Below, piece after piece: positions 33,602-34,557 of a DNA stretch of 34,557 nucleotides. The position numbers and the translations under genes were made by a program. Source of the stretch: Octopus bimaculoides (taxonomy: Eukaryota); assembly GCF_001194135.2 (NCBI RefSeq), contig NC_069000.1:30471081-30505637 (forward strand), read 5' to 3'. How positions within the stretch are numbered: position 1 is the stretch's first letter; every line of letters begins with the position of its first letter. The notes beneath the pieces are model-generated. The model was not told where the DNA came from. It worked only from the letters and a program-made list of their open reading frames with translations, and made no database searches.

Positions 33602-34251
33602 CCTGATCCAAACTGACCATATCAAATGTCGACATGCCATATTCTAAATGTGCCGAAGCTGATGTATTTTAAAAAGTCAGCATATAAAATTTGTCATGGT
33701 GTAGTATGACCTGACCTTAATGTGTCAAGAGTGAACATGCGAAAGTACAATCTGAACTAAACTTTTCACAGGTCATTTTATGGAAATTGACCTGACCCAA
33801 GCTAACCTGAATGGGACAAAGGGCAAGGGGTCAACATGAAATCACAACACCTTGCCCAAACATGTTACAAGTCCATCACACATAAAACAAAAGGAAAAGA
33901 AAACAAAGAAACTCTGGTCTGATGTGTTATAGCTAACCTTAAAATTGAACATGTCAAAGGTCATCGTGTCCATGACCTGAACTACAAATGGAAACTTTTC
34001 TATATTTTGTTTAGTATTGCTTCTTACAACAGTTATATTTCTATATCCATGTTACTCCACCCAACTTTTTACACATGCATACAAACACACTCACATTCTT
34101 ATGTATAAGTAATACCTACATACATGCACACATGTCCTCACACAAATATACACATACAATCCCATTTCCCTATATATGTTAGTAAAATAAAACTAGACAC
34201 TAATATTTGATTTGGTTTTCTTCATTTAAAAATAACAAAATAAAATTTTTT

Positions 34252-34390
34252 AAATTGCTTACCAACCACATGGTTCTGGGTTCAGTCCCACTGCGTGGCA
34301 CCTTGGGCAAATGTCTGCCACTATAGTCTCAGGCTGACTAAAGCCTTGTGAGTGGATTTGGTAGACAGAAACTGAGAGAAGCCCAGTATA
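34252..34390 (+). mobile_element. SINE family A
   Basis: GCTTACCAACCACATGGTTCTGGGTTCAGTCCCACTGCGTGGCACC..GTGAGTGGATTTGGTAGAC. Confidence 0.85.
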
Positions 34391-34557
34391 TGTGTGTATG
34401 TATGTATGTATGTATATATATATATTTCGTATGTGTATTTCGTGTGCAAGATTCTTGATGTGGATACGTGTGTTGAAAGAAATACAATTAAACCTTGGGA
34501 GAGGCATTATGCCGGTAATAAACACACGCACTGGTTCAGTCCTTTATTAATTTATAT

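Overview
This is a repeat-dense, AT-rich eukaryotic scaffold with several N gaps. I infer a cephalopod, probably Octopus, from the SINE families, microsatellite load and C2H2 gene. One intact protein-coding exon is supported: a 7-finger C2H2 zinc-finger ORF (32645-33601, +) directly behind a strong splice acceptor. The rest is decayed mobile DNA: R4/Dong-type RLE LINE fragments in (AAT)n repeats, a Gypsy LTR remnant, RTE fragments, an L1/Tx1-like ORF1-only element, mariner and hAT derivatives, and at least three tRNA-derived SINE families. The most interesting signals are non-coding. There are three hammerhead-ribozyme-like motifs: one apparently non-circularly permuted (229-288, minus strand), one in a 339-bp partial tandem unit resembling a metazoan retrozyme (14501-14959), and one CpG-decayed type I (7013-7120). 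There is also a sharp CpG drop after about 27.5 kb that may mark the methylated body of the ZNF gene, and a 212-nt AG-free zone with nine branch-point-like motifs before the ZNF exon. All folds and counts were done by eye and need computational confirmation.
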